Source: Octopus sinensis
Lineage: Eukaryota
Reading direction: 5' to 3'
Length of the DNA stretch: 64,000 nucleotides
NCBI RefSeq assembly: GCF_006345805.1
Contig: NC_043002.1
Location: forward strand, 77,314,001-77,378,000
A model generated the notes under the pieces. It ran no database searches. It was not told the origin of the DNA and saw nothing but the letters and a program-made list of their open reading frames with translations. Position 1 is the stretch's first letter. Each line of letters starts with the position of its first letter. Both the position numbers and the translations under genes were made by a program. This document shows positions 1 through 12,965 of the stretch, piece after piece.

Positions 1-280
1 ATAATACCTGTATGCAGAATGTTAAAGAGGAACAAAGTATGTAAATATATGCATAGGAGTGTCTGTTGTTTAGAAGTCAGAGCAAATAGGCCATTGATAT
101 ACAGAAAGAAGAATGTGGGAAATATTGTTAAACCTCACATACGTCAGATGACCAGGATATTGTATGGTTTATCATTTGTGAAGCATGAAAGTCTTCTGAG
201 TGCTCATGACTAAGGAAGGTGTAGTACTGCAGGTATATTTTCTTCAATGTCCTCATTGAATTACATTTTTAAGGTGCATT
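1..280 (-). pseudogene. Highly decayed non-LTR retrotransposon RT relic (CR1-like group)
   Basis: The minus strand reads PTFFFLYINGLFALTS, resembling the RT motif PTLFLLYINDLL of CR1-like LINEs. Flanks are heavily degenerate. Confidence 0.3.
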
Positions 281-464
281 TGTATTCACAAGAAATATAA
301 CCTTGAATTACAGTTGAACTGAGTGAAGGTGGAAAAGTGCACTGTTGACACCTGTTGTGAAGGAACAACGGGACATGAATATGAAATTTCTGATCCAATT
401 ATATATAGATAAACAGACATTTTATGTAACCCTTCATATTAAGATTCCCCAACCCTGACATATA

Positions 465-1029
465 TTGGGTTGTCTGGAAAGTTTGTGCCAATTTTTAAAG
501 AAAAGAAAAAGGTCAATAAATACTTGCCATTACATTTTTAATCAACCAAATATGAACCATTTTGTTGCACAATGCATCTCCATCTTTCCTTTAACTTGAA
601 AATACCCTCTTCCCAGAATTGAGGTGGTTTCATGGCAAAGAATTCAAGGTATCTTTTTACATCATCCAAGGAATTGAAATTTTTACCTTTAATTTTTACC
701 TGCAGAGACCCGAATAAGTGGAAATCCAAAGGAGCAATATCTGGTGAATATGGAGGGTGGGATAACACATCCTAGCCGAGCTGCAGCAATTTTTGTCTGG
801 TTCCCAAAGCATCAAGTGCCGAAAATGAACTTTCTTATCTTCCATTTTAAAAGGTTTTACAGAATTAACACAGGTTGTAGGAACATAAACCTTCTTTTAC
901 GAAAAGATAGCTTAAACTGTGCTCTAAATGGAGGTGTAGTCAAATCCTATTTTATGGACTCAACCATGTTCTAAAATAAGTTGAAAGGTAAGCTACTATA
1001 AATCGGCACAAACTTTCCAGACAACCCAA
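465..1029 (-). mobile_element. Mariner (Tc1/mariner) internal-deletion derivative, 565 bp
   Basis: 30-bp TIRs TTGGGTTGTCTGGAAAGTTTGTGCC(A/G)ATTT match 29/30, with TA at 463-464 and 1030-1031. The minus strand starts MEDKKVHFRHLMLWE (ATG at 845) and is fused near 801 to TRQKLLQLG*DVLSHPPYSPDIAPLDFHLF...NGSYLVD, containing the mariner YSPD motif and C-terminus. Confidence 0.95.
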
Positions 1030-2984
1030 TAGAATAACACAGAATGATCATGGTTATCATACCAAACTTTGCTGAAAGTTTTGCTAGTTTTAAAGCCTTC
1101 TCTGTTTTTGCCAAATTTAGTTTTGAAGGAAGATACTTTTGTGTGTTTAGTCAAAAGTAAGAACTCCATTGGATCTAACTATATGGAAGTCTATTAGGGG
1201 CTACAGAGAAATGAAAGGGGTTCAAAGTAGTAAAGGAGAGGACTATAAATATTCACTTTAACTTTAAAGCTGGGGGGGGGGGGGCTATATTTCAATAGTT
1301 GGCTTTGTGTCTTGGACTGAAAGAGGATCTGAGGCACACTGTTGCATGTATTTTATCCCTAAGTCATGAGATGAAGAATAGACTAATTCATGGATACATT
1401 GTTTGAGGGACATCATTTGCATTAGTTTGCTCTGTTGGTAACTGAAGCTTCCATGTTATATAAATACTGGGGAGAAGTGATACATTGAAATTTAAATTTG
1501 TTTGTGTGTGTGAAAAACACTGCAGGCAGATCAGGTTGTGAGTCTATAGAGGAATAGTAGCTTAACTAAGGAGCAGCTGACAGAATTCAGAGAATTGAGT
1601 TCATTATAAGCCACCTGTAAAAGTGAGGTAGTTGCAGCTTGTTATTAGGACAATCTCAAACTCTATTCTAGTTGAGATTGATGTGTTTCTGTGGATGGAA
1701 GATAAATGCTAACAGACCTACACAGAAAAGTATGCAACTATGTTGTTGTGTACCATTGAAAGAGATTAATGATGTAAGGTGTCAGAGATCATTGTAATCT
1801 CCATTTAACAGATTATCTACAGCTTACTATGATTACAATTTTCCATTCATAATTTTACTAGATTTTCATAGTAAACATCCATTTAGGATATAGTAATTAT
1901 GAAGGATATTCAATGGCTTTTTGATGTTGCAACTCACAAGTCTTTACCTTTCCATGATTGTTTAAAGTACAATTTTTTTTCTCTTTCTCTGTACTTGGTT
2001 TAAAGTACATTTTTTTCTTTTATATTGTAATATCTACAATACTTCAGCTATTTTATCTAATATTGATACCTACATTAGTTTGTTTCTTTTTTTGTTTGTT
2101 TTCTGACTACTTCTTGTACATTCTTTATCTAGTATAAACAGGGTGACATTTCCATTCATGTCTCATTAGCAACAACTATATTTTGTGCACAAATTGCATC
2201 CTATTTGATAAACCACAGCATGTCTTAATGCTAAACGTGGACTTCAACCCTGCAGAAAGCAAGGAAGGCATAGCTGGTGCCTTGGATATGTATGGACCGC
2301 ACCCGATTGTTCATTTTGACTTATGAGTCATAGGTATACTTGATCAGGCTTAACAGGAATAGGAGGCACACAGTAACAGCATCGAAAGGTCACTCACCTG
2401 ACCCTTGTGGAGTATTCAACAGTTTCTATTAAAATTGGTCTGAGAAAATTTGTATTCTGATAACAAGCACTTAGATTACCCTAGACATGTCAACACCCTA
2501 CTTCTTAACAACCAAAGGCTAGCATACTCTTGATGTATATTTATTTATATAAGCTCATTTTAGTACTAGAAAATGGTGAGTTAAAAGGACAAAGTACAGA
2601 AGTGTCACAGGCTATTTAATCTTGTACCTCTACATTATAACTTCCACAGGGATTAACTTTGAATTTCATCTTTCAAGGATGATAAACACAAATAACATAC
2701 TAGGGTGAATATATAATACCACTCCTCTTCAGAAAGAAAATTGATTTCGTCCCTAGTCAAAAGAAACACACATGCACACACACTAACATCCTATTACATG
2801 TCCATGTGAATAGGACTTAGATTTTGTTGGTCTCTAATTACACAAAACAGTTTACTTAAAATTATATGAGTTAACATGAACATTTTTTTATCTATTCTTT
2901 TTCACATGGGTTTTGCATCACATTTGCTTAATCATTTTAGATTATGTCGCAGCAAGAAATTAAAATTATGATTCAACAAAATTG

Positions 2985-3381
2985 ACTCTTTTACTCTTTT
3001 ACTTGTTTCATTCATTTGACTGTGGCCATGCTGGAGCACCGCCTTTAGTCGAGTAAATTGACCCCAGGACTTATTCTTTGTAAGCCCAGTACTTATTCTA
3101 TCAGTATCTTTTGCTGAACCGCTAAGTTACAGGGACATAAACACACCACCATCGGTTGTCAAGCAATGTTAGGGGGACAAATACAGACACACAAACATAT
3201 ACACACATATATACATATATATGATGGGCTTCTTCCAGTTTCTGTTTACCAAATCCACTCACAAGGCTTTGGTCGGCCCGAGGCTATAGTAGAAGACACT
3301 TGCCCGTTGTGCCACACAGTCGGAATGAACCCGGAACCATGTGGTTCGTAAGCAAGCTACTTACCACACAGCCACTCCTGC
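2985..3381 (-). mobile_element. tRNA-derived CORE-like SINE, family A (octopus OR-type)
   Basis: Reverse complement of the family consensus: A-box TGGCTGTGTGG, B-box GGTTCAGTCCC-like, CTTGGGCAAGTGTCTTC core-like segment, internal (TG/TA) tract and GAAACAAGTAAAAGAG tail. More than 15 related copies lie in the window. Confidence 0.85.
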
Positions 3382-3681
3382 TAAATTTGGGAATTTTGTT
3401 TCCATGTTCAAATAGGTTCCTGCTTACATTAACACACCTAAAACTGTTTGAGTGATTGAAAATGTTTGCTCACTCCCAACAAACTTCTTCCTACAACACT
3501 ACCGACCTAACTACAGACTCCTTAATTTCTCTTAATGACTAGAATCAAAAGTAGTCCCCAGTAAATGCTGCTAAAATAATTAATTATTTCTAATTAAATT
3601 TTTAATACTCCCTATATTAAGCAGTAACTTAATACCTAATTTAACTTATTGATTTTCATGATGGTGTTCCTTAGTAATTAA

Positions 3682-3887
3682 CCCTTTCGTTACCAACCCG
3701 GCTGAAACTGGCTCTGGCTCTGAGTACAAATGTCTTGTTTTTATATGTTTTGAATTAAAATCTTCCACAATTTATGTTCTTAATACTAGCTGAATGATAA
3801 CTAAGTTATTTTACTAAAGTCTTTGTTATATTTAAAGTAATTGAAAGGAACACAGTGCATCCCAAAATAAATACAGTAACGAAAGGG
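3682..3887. mobile_element. piggyBac-type MITE, family 1
   Basis: Perfect TIR CCCTTTCGTTAC / GTAACGAAAGGG with TTAA at 3678-3681 and 3888-3891. Confidence 0.85.
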
Positions 3888-5340
3888 TTAAATTTAGTAA
3901 TTAACTTTTTTCTAGAAATGTAAGATATTTATTATGAAAGATCCCCTTTTTATAAAAATATTATAGTGGCATTTGTTAGTCAATCTATTAATCCTCTATC
4001 TTGAAGACAAAATGTTTGAACACGTTCATACTTTGTTTCGTATGACCTTTAGCCTCCTTGTTACTGCTTGCTATAATAGTGTCTGACACTATTCATGTCA
4101 CCTAGCTGCAATGGTATTTTTGCTATGTCAAATATTCCGTAAATATAACATCCTAATGCTTCTTACTTTCAACAACATGTCTGCATATCTTTGAAAATGA
4201 TGCACATAACAAGAGAAAAAAACTGGTTCATCTCTTATCATAAGCAACCTTTTTCTTTATCAGAAATTAAAGTGTTGTCCAGCTATTGAATGGTGTTATC
4301 TAATTAAAGAAAGATGTAATCCAACTGTATAATGATATTTTATATTGTCGCACCTAAAAAAAGGAAGCAAAAAAGGCATTTGGAGTTGTGGAGCAGGAGG
4401 TGGGGAGGATTATAGATTAGAAGAAAAGGAGTAAGAAGACTTATGGCAGCTTTTAAAAAATGTGAAGTTTTTAGGTAGCTTTGGGTAATAATGAATGAAG
4501 GCTAAGAATTCACAAACTGAAGAAATCATTGGGGTAACTGATTGTATGTAATGTCAGGGTGAGAGTTTTGGGGGCAGAATGGGTGCTTGTGACACTGTTT
4601 AGAGGAGATAAAACAATACTGTAATATTGAGAGTTTTAGGGACAGAATAGGTCCATTTAGAGGAGCAATACAGTAATTAGATACAAAACTGGTGCATATG
4701 ATTATTGAGTAATACTTTAATATTGATCTAAGGTTTTAGGGGCAGAATAAGTTTGTATGACAGTTTTTAGATGATATAGGGCAATACTATAATATTGGTT
4801 TAACATTTTAGAGACATAATAGGTGCATGTGACAGACTTTAATAATATCCAATTTAGAATAGAAGATCCTTTTGTAGTATTGGTAAAAGTTGTAAAGATA
4901 ACACTGGGTTCGTTAACTGTCTGTGAAAATTTCTCATTTAAAAACATTTCACTCCCATAATCTAGTAGCAAAATCATATTTCTTAACACTAAAAATAAAT
5001 TTATGGAAAATAAGTGCACATATCAGAAACAGAAAAATAAAGAACAAAGGAAGAGTATGGATGAGTCTTTGGTCTCACCATGGACAAACTCTCTCATGCT
5101 AGTAGCATATTAAAATGCATCAAATTTATATTGTAAAACAGCTGGTAAAAGGGGCATCCAGCTGCTAAAAAAGAAGTGCCAAAAATAACATGACAAGGGC
5201 AACAACAGAGTTGAATAAGTTTTTCTTGTTATTGGATAATGAAGGAATGCAATATGTGATGAAGTACTGTGAGACATTCATCAACCCATGCTAGCATGGA
5301 AAAACAGGCTTAAAATTATATTAATAACATGTGTACTTTA

Positions 5341-5545
5341 AGACAATGAGTTGGCAGAATCATTGGCACACTATAAAAAAGTTCTTAGAGACACATCTTC
5401 TGGCTTTGTTCTGAGTTCAAATGCTGCCGAGGTCGACTTTGCCTTTCATCGTTTCAAGGCTCTTAAAGTAAGTACCAGTTGAGCATTAGGATCAATGTAA
5501 TTGACTAACCCCACCCCTGAAATTGTAGATCTTGTATCCATATCA
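5341..5545 (+). mobile_element. tRNA-derived SINE, family B (degenerate)
   Basis: TGGCAGAATCATTGG A-box, GAGTTCAAAT B-box, and the GGTCGACTTTGCCTTTCATC family motif. Confidence 0.8.
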
Positions 5546-5673
5546 GAATAACATGTGTACCGTTTTTGTTATTACTGTAAAGACATGCAAACTGCATCAT
5601 TAATGTAAACCTGTTCTATTTTAAAGTGACATGCTGAAGGTGTTTCAGGCCATGTATGGCAATCTTGTATAAA

Positions 5674-5674
<1 letters not shown>

Positions 5675-5751
<77 letters not shown>

Positions 5752-5764
5752 ACAGACACACACA
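5675..5764. repeat. Compound (CT)n(TA)n microsatellite
   Basis: Directly visible dinucleotide runs. Confidence 0.95.
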
Positions 5765-6908
5765 CTCTGATAAGATAGTAAATCAAATGCATGTTAACTT
5801 GATAGAATGATGTCTATGCATATGTGATAACAATTTTCAGATCTTCATGCTCTGTTGTAACTTTCACTCATCCATCACAAGATTACCTGAATACTCTTTC
5901 AAGTTTTTGTACAAGCAAACCATACTTGCATAGTTTTGACACCCTTCAAGCATCAGGCACACAGACAATATACGTTAGTAATTTACACTACTAATTCATA
6001 TTAGCCAATTTTACCTGTTATCAATCATTGCTGATTATTATTTTTTAAATTTTTATATGACCATATGAGTCAATAGTGACCTACTTAATAGATATCATGG
6101 CTATATTTGTAATGGAAGTAGAGGTCACATTCTTTTTCTGGGTTAAATCTTTGTTCAATACAGAATCTAGTAAAAAGCTTGTCGTTTTGTTCCAGCTTAG
6201 CCCCAATTTAGCAGACAAGCTCTTAGATCAATGGCATTTCAGTCTAGGCCATCCATTCATTTTAAGAAGCATTATCTAATGTATTTTCCATTTCTTCTGT
6301 CAATAGGATATTAAACGAGAGAATTTAGCTGCTATTTCAAGCTGGCTGAATAATTGCATAGAGGTTCTCTTGGTTTTCTGACTCTTTTTTTTTTTTTTTT
6401 TTCTATTCTTAATTTGAATGGTAACTAAGGAGTATGATTACATGAGTCAAATGATTTTTAAGTGTCAGCTTTAATTTAAGCATTATGCCAGAGGGCAACT
6501 GGAGTTCAAACTAAGCTCAAATAATGTTTTAACTTGATCTTCTGAATGGCCTTCACCACAAACAAACTGGTCTCTAAAAACCAGTTTATGTAAATGAAGA
6601 CTGTTACAGATATTGAGAGAATTAGTTACATGTATGTAACCAGTTGTTTAAACATGCGAGTGCATACAGCAAAATAGTTGAGTCATTTGATTATGTTAAT
6701 AAATTTAATTATTTAAATTATTCAAATCCAAGTAGCATTACACAAGTTAACCTGAAATAATTATGTAGCACAGGAAAGACAATATTACTCATTGTTTAAT
6801 ATTAGATCCTTTTGACAACTATGGAAGACAGTAATGGAAATATTTTAGAGTTAATAGTTTGCCAGTGTTCCTTTCCATGAAAGTACCCTCTCACAGAATA
6901 AACAAATA

Positions 6909-7853
6909 CAGGTTGTCGTCAACTTACAAACTATCCGACTTACAACTGATCGACTTTACAATGATTGGTGCACCAGCAGAAGGTGCAGGAGTGGCTGTGT
7001 GATAAGTAGCTTGCTTACCAACCACTTGAATATGCATGTTACAATATTAACATTATTATTTAATGAGAGAACTACTATATGAATGTACAAAAATGTACAC
7101 ATGTTGTCATGATGGCAAATTAATCAATAATAGGGGCAATAAACTTGGACGAGTGTCTTCTACTATAGTCTCAGGCCGACCAAAGCCTTGTGAGTGGATT
7201 TGGTAGACGGAAACTGAAAGAAGCCCGTTGTATATATGTATATATATGTATGTGTGTGTGTATATGTTTGTGTGTCTGTGTTTGTCCCCCACCCAACATT
7301 ACTTGACAACTGATGCTGGTGTGTTTATGTCCCCAATAACTTAGTGGTTCGTCAAAAGAGACCGATAGAATAAGTACTAGGCTTCCAAAGAATAAGTCCT
7401 GGGGTCAATTTGCTTGACTAAAGGCGGTGCTCCAACATGATCACAGTCAAATGACTGAAACGAGTAAAAGAGACCAGTTGAAATCTAATGGGTTTAATTT
7501 CTTAGATATTAACTCATCTACGGATGATGTCAGCTAACGAACGCTTCCCCAGGGTTTGGTTATTGATCGTCGTTGTGGTTATCCCAAGTGCTGGATGAAT
7601 ATCCTGTCACAGAGACATTGAGGCAATCTCATATTCGTTTATAAGATGACTGCTTGAAACTCCAAAACTTTTGACTAACACCAGTATAATAGTATATAAT
7701 ACAGAATGCTGTGTGTGACTTTTACCTGAGAATGTACCTTAAGAATATAAAGATATAAACAAAGCTATATAGACCTATAAGCCGACTTACGACCAAATAG
7801 ACTTACAACCAGTCAGTCGGAACCCATTGTATTCGGAAGTTGACAACAACCTG
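6909..7853. mobile_element. Tigger/pogo-like non-autonomous DNA transposon carrying a nested SINE
   Basis: TIR CAGGTTGT(C/T)GTCAACTT matches 16/17, with TA at 6907-6908 and 7854-7855. Subterminal GACTTAC(A/G)AC repeats occur near both ends. Confidence 0.75.
6981..7472 (+). mobile_element. SINE family A inserted in the Tigger-like element, interrupted by a ~120-bp foreign segment
   Basis: Head at 6981-7025, body resumes at 7145. Flanks ACCAGCAGA / ACCAGTTGA resemble a decayed TSD. Confidence 0.8.
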
Positions 7854-8895
7854 TAGTTTGTGATTTCACAAAGTTTGTAAGTCCTAAGTATTATTTTCTT
7901 AGTTTTTGTAGAGGTAGCTTATTTTTAGTTTTTCACACAAATAGGAACTTTCTTCATCTGTTTTACATCTGTTTTTCCATGCTGGCATGTGTTAGTCTAT
8001 GATATTTAGGCATTGTTTTACAGTTAGATGCCCTTTCTATTTGCTAGCCCTTATCTGTTTTTTAAGTAAGGAAGTTTTCATTCCACTTGTTTATGAAAGC
8101 ACAAAATATAGTGAATGATTTGTTGACAGGAAAATATCAACAAATGAAAGACAATAGGGATAGTGTAACAGAAAGTGTGAGGAGATAGTATGAAAATTTG
8201 AATTACATATGCTGTGAGGTGAGGACTCAAGAACTATACATCTCTGGGTGCATTTCACTCTTATTAAACCTCATCAGCAAAGCATGCTACTGTATTAACT
8301 ATATTATCTAATGAGAGAGCTACTATATGAATGTACAAAAATGTACACCTGTTGTCATGATGACAAATTAATCAATAATAGGGGTAATAAACATTTGAAA
8401 TTTCAGTTTTTTTCTGTTTTTCTTTTTCTCAATGTGTTTATCATACAGTTATTCACCAATTTTCAGTGAATTAATAATGTTCTAGAAAAAAAAAAAAAAT
8501 ACCCAAAACTTAATAAATTCTAATTTGGTCTCATTTTCGTAGACCCCCCCTCCCCATTTCTTTTGCTTTTAGTCAGACATTTATTATAAAGACTTCAAAT
8601 AAACACTCGTAGTTCTGATAAAAAAAACTTTTCCATTTGATGTTGGCAATTAGTCTCTCTTTCTCCTTCAATATCTCTCTTTTTTTTTTATCTTATAGTT
8701 AAATGTGAATAACATGTTGATCACAATTACAACAAAAGTATATTAACTTCAATAATATAACCTAAAAGCATTTCAGAGATTGAATTATGCGTATTATGAT
8801 AATACATATATTTATATATAATATTACATACATGGATGTACTCGGTAATAAGATGCATACGTACTCTACAGGGTATATAATATTTAGTCTTAATG

Positions 8896-8931
<36 letters not shown>

Positions 8932-9505
8932 AAAAGTGCTCAATAAATATTTATATAAATTATGATTTATTAGAAGCCGCAACATAAGTCTATACCTATT
9001 CAGTGAAAGAAGAGATGGAAATGCAGTTAATTTCTGATGCACGATATAAGCAAAATTCGCATGACCTTACTTCAGAGCAAGTTTTTCACTATGCTGGTTG
9101 ATCAATACCTAGTGAGTAGAATTTTGGAGATGGAATTTGCTCAGAAATGTCTCGCATCTATATCAACGAATAACACTTGTTTGGATTCATATTTTGATAC
9201 TAAAAATAAGTGAAAATAAGTTTCTAGAGAAATATCTATATTTATCTACTAAATTGCAGTAAAACTATTCATCCACATCACAAGGCACCAAGTAAGCCTC
9301 TATGTGATCATTTGTCTTGCTAGAAAAAGCAGTTTAAAATTTTTAACTTAATTTCTCCCCACCACCACCATTACCATTTCTAGAGTTTAAGAAACTTATA
9401 GTAAGTGCATGTATAGGCTCAAAATATAAACTGATATAATTGGCAGTATTCCTCCATCACTGTATTTGTCAATCCTCTTGACATTGCACATCAGTCAATT
9501 AGCTA

Positions 9506-9575
9506 CTTTCAGTATATGTCTTTCAGTATATGTCTTTCAGTATATGTCTTTCAGTATATGTCTTTCAGTATATGT
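9506..9575. repeat. 14-bp minisatellite (CTTTCAGTATATGT) x5
   Basis: Five exact consecutive copies. Confidence 0.95.
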
Positions 9576-10829
9576 CTGAATTTCATAGAAAATACCAACA
9601 AGATTGTTTAATTAGCTTAGTCATGGTGCTTTCACTATGTGTTTTTTTTCATGGAAACACTACAAGGATATTTGTTTGCTGAATACCAAGTTGGAATAGA
9701 TGTAATATTAACAGACCTAAATTATTAAAAGGGTAAGTAGTTATCTAACCCATGCCAACAGAGAAAAATAGATGTAACACAGAAATGAACAAACATGTAT
9801 TTTGATTCATTTAGTCCCTTCAGATACAGTTTTGCTACAAGTAATTAACTATAAAAGTAAATATTTATGTTTTATGGATTTTACCCAGGTATGTACTGAT
9901 ATCGAAATAACTGACAAAAGAATAACTATTTTTATTGTACTTTAACTGCTCTTTATCCATTTAGATACCCCAACTGACCATGTTGGTTTTAACATTTGAG
10001 GAAAGCAATTTTCCTCCTCTGTTTTCAATTGATTATATAAAATATGGATGCATTAAGGAAATCAAATCCCTTTTATTTTGTTTTCCAATTTACTTAACAG
10101 CTGAAATATCTATAGCAAGAATAAAAAAATTATTTTTATTCCTATACATTTTTTTCATTCTTTTCAAGTGAGAGAATAAAAATGCTCTATATTGTCACTT
10201 TGTTTTTCATACTCCATAGATTACATTAAACTATAAGTAGCCTGAACTAAACTAGTTTTTCTCTTCTCAATTTCTTATGCAAAAAAGGTAAACACAAGAA
10301 AACACGTTTGAAAGCCAACTAGCAAGTTCTACTGTTTTAATTACTATGAGTAGGAGAGAAAGAGAGAGCGATAGAGAGAAAGATTTCCAAACTTAACACT
10401 AAGTATTATCAGTCTTGCCTGTGGGAGGGAACAGACCACACAAAAGTTTCCTTTCTGGAGAAACTTTCAACAGCTTTCGAAATTTCCACCTTCCTTCCTA
10501 TCTTCTTATTTAACCACAACCACCATCAGGAAACGTCTTGAAAAAAATACTTAAAAGAAAAAAAAAATCTGTAAACAGCACTCTTGTTAAGAATTTACAC
10601 CTGTCTTTGAATTCTCTGAAGATTCATAGCATATCGACTTCCTTTCCATGCAACACTGACAATTGTGTTACCAGCAGTGAACTATCAATTTAAAATACTG
10701 TTTGTACATGTAAATTTTGTTGTCTGGAAACAGTTTGTTCTCATTTTTCTGTCTTCAAGTAAGTGTCAGCATTTATTGTTTCCTTCCTCCTATAACTTCC
10801 AAAAGTTTCCTGTTTACTGTCTTTACGTG

Positions 10830-10914
<85 letters not shown>
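10830..10914. repeat. Compound (GT)n(TA)n microsatellite
   Basis: Directly visible. Confidence 0.95.
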
Positions 10915-10917
<3 letters not shown>

Positions 10918-11499
10918 ACCCTGAAATGACATGCATATGTGGAGTATCCATCCAGCTTGAGAGAGAAATATTCAACTAAGTTTTGTCCATATAACAATTA
11001 TGCTTAAATGTCCTTTCACATTTGTAAGTGCATACAACAAACATATATACAGAAACTCTCTCTCACTCTCTCTCACACACACACACACACAGATATAAGT
11101 TCATAAGAAAATGTCAGAGAAATGAACACTTCTTTTTACTTAATGATAGCAACCCTTCATGAAATTGTAGTTATTAATGTTTAATAAATTTGGTTGAGAC
11201 TCTTCATTATTAGATCTAAACAGTGAAACAATCATTATGTAATATCCTGTAGCCTTCTAATTAATAAAACTTGTGCATGGACAGGTTACTGGTTTGATAT
11301 AGAGTAAACTGTCTAAATTTTTCTCATAATAAAATATTCTAAAAAGACCCTAAAAATCCAGTAACTATCACTCTTTTAGTATTTTGTTCGTCGTCTATGT
11401 TTGGCTAATGAGATCAGTAAATTTAAGGCTTAATGCTTAAGCAAAGAATGTGTGTATGCTTGAACTAATATTTTTGTTATTAGCCATTGTTTAGCCACC

Positions 11500-11700
11500 A
11501 GATCAAATTAGATTGAGCATACCTATGATCAAAGGCATTCCAGTTGTGACCATCTCTCTCTTTTTTACCCCAGTCATACTATATTTAGAACCGCATTATC
11601 CAATGTGTCCTTCCATCATTTTTAAGATGATAGTATGTAATTTGAGGAATATTTAGCTACTATTTTCAGTAGGTTGAACAACTACATAGAAGCTCTCTTG
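11500..11700 (+). repeat. Old ~200-bp interspersed repeat, family F (class unknown)
   Basis: Shared motifs ATGATCAAAGGCATTCCAG and ATTT(A/G)GCTGCTATTTCTAG recur near 6310, 30420, 34750, 38170(-), 40690(-), 41950, 53520, 54930 and 61670(-). Confidence 0.65.
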
Positions 11701-12699
11701 AATTCTTTGATAGTTTTCTTTTCCTGTTTAAGGTTAGGCAAGTTTGCAAGGTGGCCTTTCTTGAATTATTTCCATGGATTAGTTCAAATTGTCTTTGACA
11801 CTTCTATCTCTTCCTTATCCTGCTTAATCTAGTTTCCTTAAGCAGTGTGATTTCAGATCAACCAAACTGGTTATGTGACCTAATATTTCCACATTACATC
11901 ACTGACCTTAACACTATTTCAGATTCTAAGGTCAAGTAATAATTATAAAAACAATTATTTAAAATACTGCTGCTGAAAAAGAAGGCAAAAAAAAATCATT
12001 ATGCAATCAGCACAGCTTGTAAGTTAATCATTCAGCATTAATCGTTTCTAATTTAATTTAAGTTTTAAGTACTTTTCATTTCATTGTTGTTATTTTTCTA
12101 TATTTTAGTATTATAACAATAGTTGTATCAACTGTACATTTCTCTTAGTCAGCTGATTGTTGACATTTTCTTTTGTAAAGGTCATTTTTATGGATATTTA
12201 TTTCCAATCTTTATAATCCTAAACAACTTAATGTCATTATAGTTAATTAAAAAAATTAAATGGAAAAGTGATTAAACAGAATTCAGCACTTCAATAGTTA
12301 TTTTTCGCATTCAGTAAAAATATTTGCATATATATTAATATATGTTTCCCTCATACCCTTTTTCTTTCTCAAGCCTCCATTTCAGATTTAAATTTGTGTG
12401 AAAGTTCCAAATTCATACTGCAATAATTTTTCTTTCTTAATAATGATTTTTTAACTATTTTTTTCTTTCATTCTCTTTGTTGCTCTCATCTAAAATTACT
12501 ACTAAAAGTTTGTCTGAATGTTATGCATTTTGTCAGAGTAAAATAAAAACAATGTGTTTGAGTATTCTAATGTAAACTCAAAGCAATGAATTTATTCTTA
12601 GATAAGAATTTCATTTCTTAATCCTTACTATTTAAGATATTTGTTCATGCATTCAGTATTTTTACATTTGTTTTGCCATACTAGTATGGGTTAGAATTA

Positions 12700-12925
12700 T
12701 ACCTTATTGGTTTCAAATTTTTGCACAAGGCTAGCAAGTTCTGGGGAGGGAGTAAGTCAGTCACATCAATCCCAATGCTCGACTGGTACTTATTTCATCG
12801 ATCCCAAAAGTATGCATGAAAGGCAAAATTGACCTTAGCAGAATTTGAACTCAGAATGTAAAGATAGATGAAATGCTGCTAAGCATTTTGCACAGCATGC
12901 TAACGATTCTGCCAGCTCACCACCT
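12700..12925 (-). mobile_element. SINE family B
   Basis: Reverse complement of the family B consensus (GAAAGGCAAAATTGACC, ATTTGAACTC, GATTCTGCCAGCTCACC). Confidence 0.85.
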
Positions 12926-12965
12926 TTATAATGCATCTATTATTGTAGACATAATGCATCTATTA

